Positions 38,135 through 48,641 of a stretch of 64,000 nt of DNA are shown here, one piece after another. The stretch is taken from positions 32,001-96,000 of the forward strand of contig JBEKTQ010000021.1 in assembly GCA_049515895.1 (NCBI GenBank), read 5' to 3'. Each line of letters begins with the position of its first letter. Within the stretch, counting starts at the first letter, position 1. The stretch is from Candidatus Bathyarchaeia archaeon (lineage in GTDB: Archaea > Thermoproteota > Bathyarchaeia > Bathyarchaeales > Bathycorpusculaceae). The notes beneath the pieces were generated by a model, which worked only from the letters and a program-made list of their open reading frames with translations, was not told where the DNA came from and ran no database searches. The translations under genes and the position numbers were made by a program.

Positions 38135-38153
38135 TGTGCTTTATCCTCCTATT

Positions 38154-38718
38154 TTAGAATCCCTGTGTTGATTTCTCTGTTTGTGGGGCTGCTGGCATTC
38201 CAGGCGGCAGATCTGGGAATTTGTCCTTGATCTTCTGCTCTGCGACTGTGGCGGCTTCTGTGAGAATCTTTGCTGCATCCTCGTTTACTGTGTCAAAGTT
38301 CAGTGTCATTCCGCTGCCTTGGCCTGCTTCGATCATTATTCCGCTCAGCATGTTACCGATTTCGCCCAGTTCATTTTCTGCTTCTGGGAACACGCTTACT
38401 AAGCCTGCTCTGACGGAACGTAGAACTCCTACGGCTGGACCTTTTGCGGACTTCAGCTAGCTCGTTAGCGAAGACGTTTGCGCGTGCGCTGTCATGCTTC
38501 GCGTAGGCGTCAACGATTCTGGCGAAAATTGCTTTGTCTCTTTGGCTGAACCTGTCTGTTGCTTGGTCAAGCTTCTGAACTTGAAGGTCGATGCGTCTGA
38601 CTGCGAAGTCAAGTCGTGGCTTCAATGGCCCTGGCGGCTTCACTGCGTCTTTAATGCGGTTTTGGAAGGGTGTGTCGTCCCGCTTGCTGTCCCACTTTTT
38701 TGCGAAATTTTCTGACAA
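38154..38718 (-). pseudogene. ESCRT-III CdvB1/B2-type paralogue with an internal ~95-nt frameshifting deletion
   Basis: MSENFAKKW...ANELAEVRK joined out of frame to GPAVGVLRSVRAGLVSVFPEAENEL...KFPDLP; junction at 38441/38442. Confidence 0.85.
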
Positions 38719-38790
38719 TTTGATTACCTCTGAACACAAGGACATGCGGAGTGTAATCTTAACCATTGTTAATATGTTGAGAATATGCGC

Positions 38791-38810
38791 GTATATATGT
38801 ACATATATAC
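38791..38810. promoter_or_regulatory. Perfect 20-bp palindrome upstream of the cdv operon
   Basis: GTATATATGTACATATATAC. Confidence 0.55.
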
Positions 38811-38935
38811 ATCACGAAAAAAAGTCCATTAGGCTTGCGATATAAGAGTTAAAGACGATGTAAGCGCTAATCTGTTTATACAGAAATATGTAAGTTAGAC
38901 TAAAAAGCTCGGCGAGGTAATGCTAAAACAAAAAG

Positions 38936-39172
38936 GTGAATCAAATGAATAGCAGACTAAAAATATTCGGATTAATAGCTCTTTTAGGCTTCGTAGCAGG
39001 CATCATAGCCCAACTTACCGCGACCTTTTTCATTCCATGGCTCATCACAATTTTGCCGTCTTTAGAAGGTGCAACAACCTACTTGATCTCAGGCTTTGCG
39101 GGCGCATGCCTAACAGTTGTGCTAGTTGGCGCATGGGCATACATGACTGGGAAGAAAGACCCCTACCAATAA
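38936..39172 (+). CDS. Small membrane protein
   Basis: Two to three hydrophobic segments; SD GGTGA before the ATG near 38946. Confidence 0.75.
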   Translation: MNQMNSRLKIFGLIALLGFVAGIIAQLTATFFIPWLITILPSLEGATTYLISGFAGACLTVVLVGAWAYMTGKKDPYQ

Positions 39173-39223
39173 GAGCTTAATCCCTCTTTCTTTATTACCA
39201 AATTTTTAAAAAAGTATGGAAGA

Positions 39224-40243
39224 TTATTTAGTTTCTGCCGCGTTGCTTTTTCTGATTTTCCCGTAAGCGATCAGCGGCGCGCCCAAGAAAATAAGAGCTA
39301 CTGCCCAAAGGTTAGGGTTGTGAAGTGGACCTATCACTTCGTACCACACGCTGGGATGCGCTGGGTAGGCGCCTGTAAGGTAATAGTAGAACAGGTTGAA
39401 GATGAAGTAGCCGCTGAGCGCAACCATGAAGACACCGACCCATGCCAGGTTTGGCAATGTCAACTGTTTTTTGATTGCTGGAAGCGTCGTTACTAAAGCT
39501 GCAATGGCAAGGGCGAGCAGACCGAAAACGGTGAGGAAAAAGCTTAGGAAATTGGCTGGCTGCAACACGAAGCTTAGTCCCCATTGTTCATAAACCCGTG
39601 TGTATGGAACAGCTTCGCCTGCCCACAGCATGGTGTAGTTGAACCAGAAAACGGCGAAGAGGTAGCCGACCCCAGCTAAACAAGTCCACTTCAGGATTTC
39701 ATGGCTAGGCGCCTCCTTCTTGACCACTGCTCGCAGTTTGAGAAGCAGCGGCGGAACGATTAGAACCATGGCGAGACAAGGGATCAATGTGCAATAGATT
39801 AGCAGGATTCCAGGTGTATGACCAAAATAGAAGAGAAGCTGGCTTGTTGAGTTGTAAGCTGCGGCGGTGATTATTGAGGGAATCAACGCGAGAAAGAAAA
39901 CGGCTTCAAGCAGTAGCGCCATGCATGCGCTTTGCCGCATGGTTAGCAATGTGTTGTCTTTTTTTCTCCAGAATAGGAAAGCGGCGTAAACAGCGAATGC
40001 TCCCGCTATGGCGCGGCTCAAGATTGCGATCGAGCCAGAAACTCCTTCGCTGCTGTAGAAGAGGAATAGCCACCACCAGGGATTATGCGTTAACGAAGTG
40101 TAAATGTAATTGTTGGTAAGCATGCCTAAACTATCGCGCATTCCGCTTACTGCAAAGTAGACATTATAGGCGAAATACGTGGAAGCGACAGTCAAGACCC
40201 AAAAGCGAAGCGAACCTGCGTATTCTTCAAGACGTTGGCCCAT
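39224..40243 (-). CDS. Polytopic membrane protein
   Basis: About 8 hydrophobic helices. Confidence 0.8.
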   Translation of the reverse strand: MGQRLEEYAGSLRFWVLTVASTYFAYNVYFAVSGMRDSLGMLTNNYIYTSLTHNPWWWLFLFYSSEGVSGSIAILSRAIAGAFAVYAAFLFWRKKDNTLLTMRQSACMALLLEAVFFLALIPSIITAAAYNSTSQLLFYFGHTPGILLIYCTLIPCLAMVLIVPPLLLKLRAVVKKEAPSHEILKWTCLAGVGYLFAVFWFNYTMLWAGEAVPYTRVYEQWGLSFVLQPANFLSFFLTVFGLLALAIAALVTTLPAIKKQLTLPNLAWVGVFMVALSGYFIFNLFYYYLTGAYPAHPSVWYEVIGPLHNPNLWAVALIFLGAPLIAYGKIRKSNAAETK

Positions 40244-40343
40244 CTAATCACCGTCAGAGTGTTGGGGCTTTTAGCTATTTAGTTCTATTTACGGAACAAA
40301 ACGTTCCAAAGCTGGAACGCGCACCTTTTGCCGTAGTCTTTAT

Positions 40344-41063
40344 TTATAACTGCCCAAGTATCAATGGGAGTTCAGTTAAACTTTTTATGGTCACGTCTGG
40401 AACGACGTTCTCAATTTGATTTTCTTCGCGTCTCTTAACGTAAACTGTTTTCATTCCGACTGTTTTGGGGCCTGCGATGTCTGCATCGAGGGTGTCGCCG
40501 ACGAAAACCGTTTCAGCCGCCGAAACACCCAAGGCACTTAGAGTTAAGTTGAAGATTTCTGGGCTCGGCTTGCGCTTGTTAACCGCTCCTGACACCACAA
40601 CCGCGTCAAAAAGATTGCCCAGCCCATGTATTTTGAGCAGTCTATCAACGCATTCAGGAATGACATAGTTAGAAACGATGCCCAGCTTGTACCTGCCGTA
40701 GAGGCTGCGCAGCAGGGGTTCAGCGTCACTGTCCAAGTAAACGTGATTCATAAATTCCTCACAGAAAACTGAGCTGGCCGACACGACAAGGAAGCTGGAG
40801 GAATCAAAGTTGTAACCCAGCATTTTTAGCGCCAACGCGATTCGAACGTTGAAGTGCGGCTCCTCAAGGTTTCGATCAGCCTTCGAATAAAGTTCCTCAC
40901 GGGCTTTACTAAATACTTCTTGAAACCTTTGCAAATGCACGTTCACACCGTTTTCGACCAGGAATGTGTACATATGTAGCATGGATGGACTGTAGAAATC
41001 ATGGTTCTTCCTGATCATCATCAAGGTATCGAACATATCAAACAAAATAGCTCTAACCGTCAT
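40344..41063 (-). CDS. HAD-family hydrolase
   Basis: FDMFDTL, VSN, KPSPEIF, VGDTLDADI. Confidence 0.92.
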   Translation of the reverse strand: MTVRAILFDMFDTLMMIRKNHDFYSPSMLHMYTFLVENGVNVHLQRFQEVFSKAREELYSKADRNLEEPHFNVRIALALKMLGYNFDSSSFLVVSASSVFCEEFMNHVYLDSDAEPLLRSLYGRYKLGIVSNYVIPECVDRLLKIHGLGNLFDAVVVSGAVNKRKPSPEIFNLTLSALGVSAAETVFVGDTLDADIAGPKTVGMKTVYVKRREENQIENVVPDVTIKSLTELPLILGQL

Positions 41064-41208
41064 CGAATTTTCCTAAAAATAAAGTTTAGACAGGGTTAAA
41101 ATTCTTATCGCAACCCAAAACCATTTTTCAATTGGCTCCTCTCTCACTCGGACTCTTCACTTTAGCCAAGGAAATAGGCTGCCTCAAACATGTAAAATTC
41201 TAAACCCG

Positions 41209-44094
41209 TTACTTATCCCAGTATTCCCTAGTGCGCAGATACTGAACCTTTGCCTTCAACAAATCCATGTAGAACCCGTCTTCCTGCGAATGCATCTTGC
41301 CTAAAATCCGCGAAGCCGTTTCCGGACCGACACCTTTCACCTGCAAAGCCCGCACAGCATCTTTGCCGTAACTCAAAATCAAATCCGCCTTACGCCGCGC
41401 CTGGCTGAGCTCCTTGAGTTCCTCGGGAGTCAATTCTTTGCCTTCTTTTCTTCGGGCCAAAGCATCCCATAATTGGTTAGCATCCTGTGAACGGTAAAGC
41501 GGCGCCAAAAGTCCTGAACCGCACTTGGGGCACTCGGGCTGCAGAGGAAGATCCTTGATTTTTTTCTGCGCTGTCCACTGGGCACATTTCATACACATCA
41601 GCGTTATGGTGCGTGCGTCAATCGCCATTTTCATTTTATCAATGTTGTTTACTATGACTCGTTCTGGAGCCATCAGCTCAGTGACATCGGCGTATTTGGA
41701 TAAGAAGTGATAGGCGAGCGGCGTCGGCTTTTCGTAGCTGATGTAGGTTGTAAGCTTGATTTTCCCGTGTGCAACGTCACCCAAAATTTGTTTGGTTCGT
41801 GGCAAATCGATTTTTTCCATCATTGCTTCGCGAATGGTTTCGCGGTAAACAGGCGTATTGTTAAACTGGGCTCTGAGTTCGCTTTGCCGTTGGTAACTCA
41901 TGGTTTTTCCACGGGGCAAAACGCCGAATCTTTCAGCTACAGCCTTCATCTTGTACCCGAACGGGAACTTGGCTCCCAAATATTTCTCAAATGCAAATTC
42001 AACTGCTTGGTCACTGAGTCCGAACAGGGTTTGAGGAAGCTCAGCGACTTCTTGTTTGTTGAGTTTCCGCGCCAGTTCAATTAGGATTCTGTAGCCGTCG
42101 GTCCACCAGCCCGTTATGATTTCTCGCTCGGACAATACGCTATCGAAGACTCCGCCCAGAGTCTTATTAACAAGATCGCCGAAGCAGGCGTGGACAATCA
42201 GGTATTTGTCGTAAACCTCCAAAACAACATGTTTCTCAGTTGGCAAAGGCGCATTCTGCCGGATTTGCTCGTCAACTTCCGAAATTGCGTTAAGCATACT
42301 TTCTCTGTCGGAGCCTAATTCTTTAGCTAAAACCTCAGCCGCAACGCTAACTTCTCCCGTTTCCTTGAGTACCTGGGCAATTCTTTCCCTGTTATGTCCA
42401 GTTTGCTGGGCAAGCTCGAATGGCACAGGCAAGATTTCCCCGTCCCAGCCTGGAACAGAAGCGAATGGGTCTTCGGACGGCAAGACATGCACGGTTCCAG
42501 TTTCCTCTTCGATCTGCACTATGCGCCACACCTTGCCTTTCATGATAAAGTTTAGCCCTAATCGTGCGTGTAGAGCCATGAATTCGTCGCCTAAGGTGCC
42601 TATCTTTCGGTCGGAGAGGATGTTTATAACTGGGTACCTTCGCTCGTCTGAAATCATTGAGAGGTTGCTGTAGTAGTATTCGCGGGTTCTGCGTGTTTTA
42701 GTCAAAACTTGGTCGACTTCGTCGAATCTTAAATGGTTTAGGCTGTCTAAAAAGTGTATCAGGTCCAGTAACTCGATTTTCGGGAGGTTTCGGTACAGGT
42801 AAGACCCGTGTAGCAAACGCTCCAACTCATCGACCTTAACCATTTGCAGATCCATCAGCATCCCAGCGATTTGGTGCGACAGAACGTCCAGCGCGTTCTC
42901 ATGCATCAAGACAGGTTCAATCATGTTACTCTTGGCGTTTTTTATGGATGCCAAAGCTTCAAGGGTGTCATCTGGGTAAACAGTGATTATTGTGCCTTCA
43001 GAGGCTCTGTCCAAACTATGTCCGCTTCTGCCGACTCGTTGAATGAGGCTGTTTACCTGCCGCGGTGACATATATTGGATGACCAGATCTACGTTGCCGA
43101 TGTCTATGCCTAACTCCAAAGTGCTCGTGCAGATAATGGCTTTCAGCTGCCCATTCTTAAAAGCATCCTCAATGCCGATTCTTTCCTCTTTACTGATTGA
43201 CCCATGATGAACCGCCACGTCATCCCTGTTCAGCTGCTGAAGTTTATGTCCCAAAACCTCCGCGACCGTGCGGCTATTAACGAAAACAAGGGTTGACTTA
43301 TGCGAATCAATAAGCTCCAAAATTCGCCTAATTCTTGCAGCTGCTTCAGGCGACGTTTCCAGTTTTCCAGCCATCTCAAAATCTATTTCTTTTGGCGAGG
43401 GATTTTCAACGTTGTAGCGGTAGCTTTTCTCAGGCAACGCTTCGATGATGCATATTTTTCGTCGGGTACCAGCAATGAACTTGGCGATTTCCTGTGGGTT
43501 CCCAACGGTTGCTGACAAGCCGATTCTCTGGAACTCCTTGCCCGTAACCAACTGCAGCCGCTCAAGTGCCAAAGAAAGCTGGGCTCCCCGTTTGCTTGAA
43601 GCCAAATCATGGACCTCATCCACGATGACGAACTCTACATTCCGTAGGTGCTGACGCATCTGGGTTCCAGGAAGCACGGCCTGCAAGGTTTCAGGCGTGG
43701 TAACAAGCAGAGTTGGCGGTTTTTTAGCCTGCATTCGACGCGTCTTCTGCTCTGTGTCTCCATGGCGAACTTCCACTGTTAAGTCAAGCTTCTGCGCCCA
43801 AAGGGTCAGGCGTTTTAGCATGTCTCGGTTTAACGCGCGAAGAGGCGTAATGTAGAGCGCCCTTATGCCTTTCTGACCTTTGCTTTGCTCCTCAATTAGC
43901 TTGGAGAAAACGGGTAGAAGAATCGCTTCAGTTTTTCCGCTGCCAGTCGGCGCAACCAAAAGCACGTTTTCGCTGTTAAGCACTGCTGGGAAGGCCAGAG
44001 TCTGCGGCAAGGTAGGCTCGGTGAAACCGAGCTCAGCTAACGCTTTTTGAACTGGCGCAGCAAGCAAATTGAAAACGAAAGGTTGAGTCTGCAT
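41209..44094 (-). CDS. lhr: Lhr-family SF2 helicase with C-terminal Cys-rich/HhH region
   Basis: APTGSGKT, PLRALNRD, DEVH, LSAT, HHGS, LELGIDIG, QRVGRSGH; CMKC...CPKC. Confidence 0.93.
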   Translation of the reverse strand: MQTQPFVFNLLAAPVQKALAELGFTEPTLPQTLAFPAVLNSENVLLVAPTGSGKTEAILLPVFSKLIEEQSKGQKGIRALYITPLRALNRDMLKRLTLWAQKLDLTVEVRHGDTEQKTRRMQAKKPPTLLVTTPETLQAVLPGTQMRQHLRNVEFVIVDEVHDLASSKRGAQLSLALERLQLVTGKEFQRIGLSATVGNPQEIAKFIAGTRRKICIIEALPEKSYRYNVENPSPKEIDFEMAGKLETSPEAAARIRRILELIDSHKSTLVFVNSRTVAEVLGHKLQQLNRDDVAVHHGSISKEERIGIEDAFKNGQLKAIICTSTLELGIDIGNVDLVIQYMSPRQVNSLIQRVGRSGHSLDRASEGTIITVYPDDTLEALASIKNAKSNMIEPVLMHENALDVLSHQIAGMLMDLQMVKVDELERLLHGSYLYRNLPKIELLDLIHFLDSLNHLRFDEVDQVLTKTRRTREYYYSNLSMISDERRYPVINILSDRKIGTLGDEFMALHARLGLNFIMKGKVWRIVQIEEETGTVHVLPSEDPFASVPGWDGEILPVPFELAQQTGHNRERIAQVLKETGEVSVAAEVLAKELGSDRESMLNAISEVDEQIRQNAPLPTEKHVVLEVYDKYLIVHACFGDLVNKTLGGVFDSVLSEREIITGWWTDGYRILIELARKLNKQEVAELPQTLFGLSDQAVEFAFEKYLGAKFPFGYKMKAVAERFGVLPRGKTMSYQRQSELRAQFNNTPVYRETIREAMMEKIDLPRTKQILGDVAHGKIKLTTYISYEKPTPLAYHFLSKYADVTELMAPERVIVNNIDKMKMAIDARTITLMCMKCAQWTAQKKIKDLPLQPECPKCGSGLLAPLYRSQDANQLWDALARRKEGKELTPEELKELSQARRKADLILSYGKDAVRALQVKGVGPETASRILGKMHSQEDGFYMDLLKAKVQYLRTREYWDK

Positions 44095-44341
44095 TTTACT
44101 ATGGCATACTGATTGAAGCGTGCTTTAACCTTTTACCCTTAAAACTACGGCTTCTGCCTGAAAAAACCCAAGTTTTACGGTCAAAGTGTGCAGTCAGTCT
44201 TGGGAGGTTCAGGGTGTGAAATGGATTTGACAAACAGCTTCATTGGGTTTTGCCAGAAAGTTAATATTTGCTAAAAGCCCATGCAAAAAGATAAGGAAAG
44301 TTGAACTTACAGTTAACAGAACCCTGACAAGTTAGCGGTAG

Positions 44342-44659
44342 GTGGACAAGGTGAACTTAAAACTGTACGCAGTCAAAAAAGGCAACCAGAAGATAGAACG
44401 CAATGTCCAACTGGTCGTCGTGGATCTAGACAGGGGCAAGCGTTACCCGCTGAACTTCGTCTGCATCCTGCCCAGATACCTCCGCCTGCTTGAAAAAAGA
44501 TCCAGCAACTTCGCCAAAATCTTTGGCGAAAAGAGCATAGGCGTCGCGAAGAACCTTTTAGTTGAAGCAAAACATGTTGAAGAAGACCAGGATATACAGA
44601 AAGCTATCAGCAAACGAATAAAAGACATCGAACACAAAAACACCCAAGCAGTCCGCTAG
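44342..44659 (+). CDS. Hypothetical protein
   Basis: Clean ORF with protein-like composition (YPLNFVCILP). Confidence 0.65.
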   Translation: MDKVNLKLYAVKKGNQKIERNVQLVVVDLDRGKRYPLNFVCILPRYLRLLEKRSSNFAKIFGEKSIGVAKNLLVEAKHVEEDQDIQKAISKRIKDIEHKNTQAVR

Positions 44660-44783
44660 GTTCAAGCCACTCCAAAAAAGAGACAAACGCAATTTCTATT
44701 TAACAAGTTTTTAGCGAAGATAGTTTTAGATTTAAATTCTGGGCAAGCGAATGCTATGCTAATAGCTTGGAGGGAGGGAGCGT

Positions 44784-45653
44784 GTGGCTTTAGACTGGGG
44801 AATAGCCCTTGCTGCTGTTGCTATGGTCAGTTGGGGAGTAGCAGACTTCTTAGCTAAGAAGGCCATAGACCAAATCGGCTACAGAACCAGCATAGTCATA
44901 AACCAAGCTGTCGCGTTTGTTCCAATCCTGTTCATCGCAGCTTTTTTCTTCAGAATGCCCAGTTTTTCGCCCCTGCTGGTAGGCGAAATCTTTTTGGCGG
45001 GCGTAACAGGAGTCATCGGCTATATATTCTTGTACAGAGGCTTCGGAAGAGGCAACGTGTCAATTGTCGCCCCGATTACCGCCAGCTGGTCAGTCATAAC
45101 CGTCCTGCTGGCAGGCATTCTTTTCGCAGAAGTTTTAACCCCACTACAAATCGGGGGCGTCGTCGCGGTTTTCATCGGAGTGTTTTTCGCTTCAACAAAC
45201 TTTGCAGAACTAAGAAGAAGCATCAAAGTGGGCGGTTGGTCAGCGGGCGCTACCGATGCCGTGGTGGCAATGATCGCGTGGGGAATCAGCTACGCGTTGC
45301 TTAAGCCAATCACGTCGGCAGTCGGACCCGTCTTGGCGCTTTTTCTACTTAAAATCCTCGCTGTAGCGGCCCTTTTCTCATGGACGGGCGTGACCAAAAC
45401 CAAGGTTTCGGTGCCAGCCAAAATGATTTTCCTTTTCTTAGCCGTGGCGGGGCTACTGGATTTTTCAGCGTACTTAGCTTTTAACTTCAGTTTAAACACT
45501 CAGTATGTTTCGGTGGTTTCGGCGATAGTGGCGACGGCCCCAGCCATAACCATAGCGCTCGCCTATGTTTTTTTGAAGGAAAGAATTGTTCGTAACCAGA
45601 AACTTGGGATAACCGCCATACTAGTCGGGCTGGTTCTCATTTCCCTGGCTTAA
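44784..45653 (+). CDS. EamA/DMT family transporter
   Basis: 10 TMs in two EamA repeats (VSIVAPI, FLKER). Confidence 0.9.
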   Translation: MALDWGIALAAVAMVSWGVADFLAKKAIDQIGYRTSIVINQAVAFVPILFIAAFFFRMPSFSPLLVGEIFLAGVTGVIGYIFLYRGFGRGNVSIVAPITASWSVITVLLAGILFAEVLTPLQIGGVVAVFIGVFFASTNFAELRRSIKVGGWSAGATDAVVAMIAWGISYALLKPITSAVGPVLALFLLKILAVAALFSWTGVTKTKVSVPAKMIFLFLAVAGLLDFSAYLAFNFSLNTQYVSVVSAIVATAPAITIALAYVFLKERIVRNQKLGITAILVGLVLISLA

Positions 45654-45663
45654 GAAACCACAA

Positions 45664-46902
45664 TCAGTGACTCTTTCTAGTTTTGCTGCCTCTGTTTGTC
45701 GAATGAACAAGAAGTGAAATTAGGTAGTTATTTTCGACAATACCGAAGGCGCCGTTTCTGGCTGAAGACTCATCGAATTTTTTGACTCCATCAGGCTTCA
45801 AACCCGGAGACTTAATTGCAAAGGGTACTGGGTCTCTTGCGTGGGTGCCAGTGCTGACTGGTGTGAAATGGTCGGGCGATATAGAAATCGCGTAGGGTTC
45901 ATCTAACCCTTCTAGAATTCTGCCCAGCAGCCTCTTGTCCAAATCCTCAATCGTCTTCACTTTCAACGCATAGTCTTTAGCGTGTCCTGCCTCGTCCGGC
46001 GCTTCAACATGGACAAAAACCAAATCCACAGTCTGCAAAGCTTTAAGCGCTGCCTCAGCTTTGCCCTCATAGTCGGTGTCGTATAAGCCCGTTGCTCCGG
46101 GAACCTTGATTATTGCCATGCCGGCATAAGTGCCTATACCCTTAACCAAGTCAACCGCGGATATGACTGCCCCTGTTAAGCCGAATTTTTCCTTCAAAGT
46201 AGGCATAGACGGTTTTTTGCCGCCGCCCCAAGGCCAAATCAGGTTTCCAGGCCTTTTACCTGCTTTCTCACGAGCAACATTGACAGGATGACCTCGCAGG
46301 ATATCTCTTGAACCCACAATCAAGTCTCTAAGCAAAAGAGCATCTTTCTCAGCTCCAGCCTCTTTGGCTTTCGGCATAACCGCCGTGACCTTCATCCCGA
46401 TGGCATCATGCGGTGGAGTGCACGCGACAAGCTCAGGATGAGGGTAATTTCGCATTATCAAGAAGTGCCTGTAGCTCATCCCTGAGTAGAACTCGATTTT
46501 ACCTCGCTTCCCAAAGGCTTCTTCAACGGCATCCATCAGCTCGGAAGCTTCCTCTGATGTTATGTGCCCTGCTGAGTAGTCAAGGATGGCGCCGTCTGCC
46601 TCAGTTATCAGGTTGCACCGGTAAGCTGCATCCTTTCGTCCAAGCTTTATGCCGCGGATGGGGGCTTCAAGGGGTCCTCTGCCTGTACAGTAAATCCTTG
46701 GATCGTAGCCCATAAGTGAACATATTGCTGTGTCTGAGCCCGGGACACACTCAGCTGGAACAGTTTTTAGCAGGCCGCTTTGGCCGTTGGCTGCAATCGA
46801 ATCCATGTTGGGTTTGTGGGCCGCTTGAAGAGGCGTCTTGCCTCCAAGCTCCGGAACCGGATAATCAGCCATTCCATCGCCAACAACTAGGATATACTTC
46901 AC
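45664..46902 (-). CDS. apgM: Cofactor-independent phosphoglycerate mutase (archaeal type)
   Basis: GDGMAD, TPLQAA, PGSD, HVEAPDEAGH, PDHFTP, HARDPVP. Confidence 0.93.
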   Translation of the reverse strand: MKYILVVGDGMADYPVPELGGKTPLQAAHKPNMDSIAANGQSGLLKTVPAECVPGSDTAICSLMGYDPRIYCTGRGPLEAPIRGIKLGRKDAAYRCNLITEADGAILDYSAGHITSEEASELMDAVEEAFGKRGKIEFYSGMSYRHFLIMRNYPHPELVACTPPHDAIGMKVTAVMPKAKEAGAEKDALLLRDLIVGSRDILRGHPVNVAREKAGKRPGNLIWPWGGGKKPSMPTLKEKFGLTGAVISAVDLVKGIGTYAGMAIIKVPGATGLYDTDYEGKAEAALKALQTVDLVFVHVEAPDEAGHAKDYALKVKTIEDLDKRLLGRILEGLDEPYAISISPDHFTPVSTGTHARDPVPFAIKSPGLKPDGVKKFDESSARNGAFGIVENNYLISLLVHSTNRGSKTRKSH

Positions 46903-47040
46903 TTAATCAACTCCAACCTCTGTGCCGTTAAACCTGCATTTGCCTTCTTGGCTTTTTAAAGTTAATGCGCGCATATATTTAAGCGCAAAATGACCTGAAC
47001 AAGTAAAAGAGTGAAACAAAAGGATGGCTATGGCTGGAAG

Positions 47041-47826
47041 CTACGGCATGACGACTGCGCCGACCAAGTTCACGGTTGTTACTGGTTGAGAAACTTCGCC
47101 GTTATATTCTGCGCTCGCTTGCACGGGCACCTCTGAGATTTTCATCACAGTACCTTGTCCGTATATTACTTGACCGAAAACGGTGTATAACGCGTCAAAA
47201 TGCGTTCCATCCTGATATACCAAATTGTTGTTGTTTGCCACGTTGATAAAGAATTGGCTGCTCGCTGAGTTTGGTTGACCCGTGTTTGCCATGGCGATTG
47301 TCATGTTGTAATTGTGGTTGTCGTTGCCTATCTCATCTTTAATGGTTGGAACGGTGGTTTTGCCTTGTCCGCCTTGAATCATAGCCAGCTGGCCTGGGGT
47401 GGAAGGAGCGATTACTCTTTGGAAGATGGTGTTGTTGTAGTATCCTTCGTTGACAAGTTTTACGAAGTTGGTTGTTGTGATGGGTTTGTCGTTTCTCATC
47501 TGGATAACTATATCGCCCTTTGACGTAATGAAGAGTACCTTGGTGCCGCTGGCGCTGTATTCGCCTGCAGGTGAAGTGAGTGGAGTGACGGATGGGAATG
47601 GACTGCTTGAAGAAGCTGGAGGAGCAGAAGTTGTTGGAGCCGGCGAAGGAGTAGCCTGCTGGTTAGACCCTACTTGACTCGGGCCGAGGTGAGTAACAAC
47701 TACGTAGCCAACAAATGCGATGACAATTACAGCTAACACCGCGCCTACTGTCAGCTTACGGTTTTTGCTTCGGGTTTTAGGATTGTAAGTCTTAACTTTG
47801 CTGTTCCGTTTAGAGCCCATGCCCAA
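47041..47826 (-). CDS. Membrane-anchored cyclophilin-type PPIase
   Basis: N-terminal TM and P/S/T linker; FQRVI, MIQGG, IAMANTG, SQFFIN, YTVFGQV. Confidence 0.9.
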   Translation of the reverse strand: MGMGSKRNSKVKTYNPKTRSKNRKLTVGAVLAVIVIAFVGYVVVTHLGPSQVGSNQQATPSPAPTTSAPPASSSSPFPSVTPLTSPAGEYSASGTKVLFITSKGDIVIQMRNDKPITTTNFVKLVNEGYYNNTIFQRVIAPSTPGQLAMIQGGQGKTTVPTIKDEIGNDNHNYNMTIAMANTGQPNSASSQFFINVANNNNLVYQDGTHFDALYTVFGQVIYGQGTVMKISEVPVQASAEYNGEVSQPVTTVNLVGAVVMP

Positions 47827-48029
47827 ATTTATTGAGCATTTTTTTATTTAAACCTTTCAAAAATAACAAGTAAAAGAGACCGCATTCACGCAGCATCAGA
47901 ATTGCTCTCTTAGAGAAGGCAATCATTGGAAACAAGCCTTGAAGTTCTCAGTATGATTTTTATGTGCGTTTCGGTCTTAGTCGTATGCTGAAAATTTGTT
48001 AAAGGTGCAAATTCTGGCAAAGTTGAATC

Positions 48030-48629
48030 ATGATGACAGAAAGTGAATATAGCGTGCATTTTGACTTTGATAAAATCAAAGCTGAAACAGAAAAACTCCA
48101 AGGGGCCAGTAAGGAGACAATTGATAAAATCGATCTTTTCTTGGATTCACTTAAAGAAACCACGGCGAGAGTTGAGCCTACCCTCAGTAAAGAAACTAAC
48201 AATGAACGCGAGCTTTGGGAGGATTACAAGCAGTTGCAGAGAGAAAAACTGGCTGTTCTAGATTTGTCTCACGAATGGGATTATGTTGGTGAAGAAATTA
48301 AGCAATCAAATCCCAGATTGGATTTCTTGGTCCGGGATGCGATTGAGGAGCTGAATGATCATATTGGAGTTCTAGCAGAATCGCACCGAGCACACATTGA
48401 TATTCTTGAAATTTATAATACTCGTAAAATTGAAGTTTTAGCCCTTGTCGTAACAGTCGTAATCTCGTACATTGCCGTGTGGGAATTCACTGTTAGGGAT
48501 CTGTTGGTGAGCTTTGTGTTTCCTTACGGTTTGAGCCCTCGCTTAAATTACGTGATAGTAATTCTTACTCTTCTGCCAGTTTTCGTAACGGTCGCGTGGG
48601 CTTGGGTCAGACGCAAAAGCTACTTCTAA
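48030..48629 (+). CDS. Helical protein with two C-terminal TMs
   Basis: Coiled N-terminal region followed by two hydrophobic helices. Confidence 0.7.
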   Translation: MMTESEYSVHFDFDKIKAETEKLQGASKETIDKIDLFLDSLKETTARVEPTLSKETNNERELWEDYKQLQREKLAVLDLSHEWDYVGEEIKQSNPRLDFLVRDAIEELNDHIGVLAESHRAHIDILEIYNTRKIEVLALVVTVVISYIAVWEFTVRDLLVSFVFPYGLSPRLNYVIVILTLLPVFVTVAWAWVRRKSYF

Positions 48630-48641
48630 AACTTTGGATAC

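Noticed and set aside
40302-40319. Hairpin CGTTCCA-AAGC-TGGAACG
   Set aside because: Single short copy with no further support for a function.
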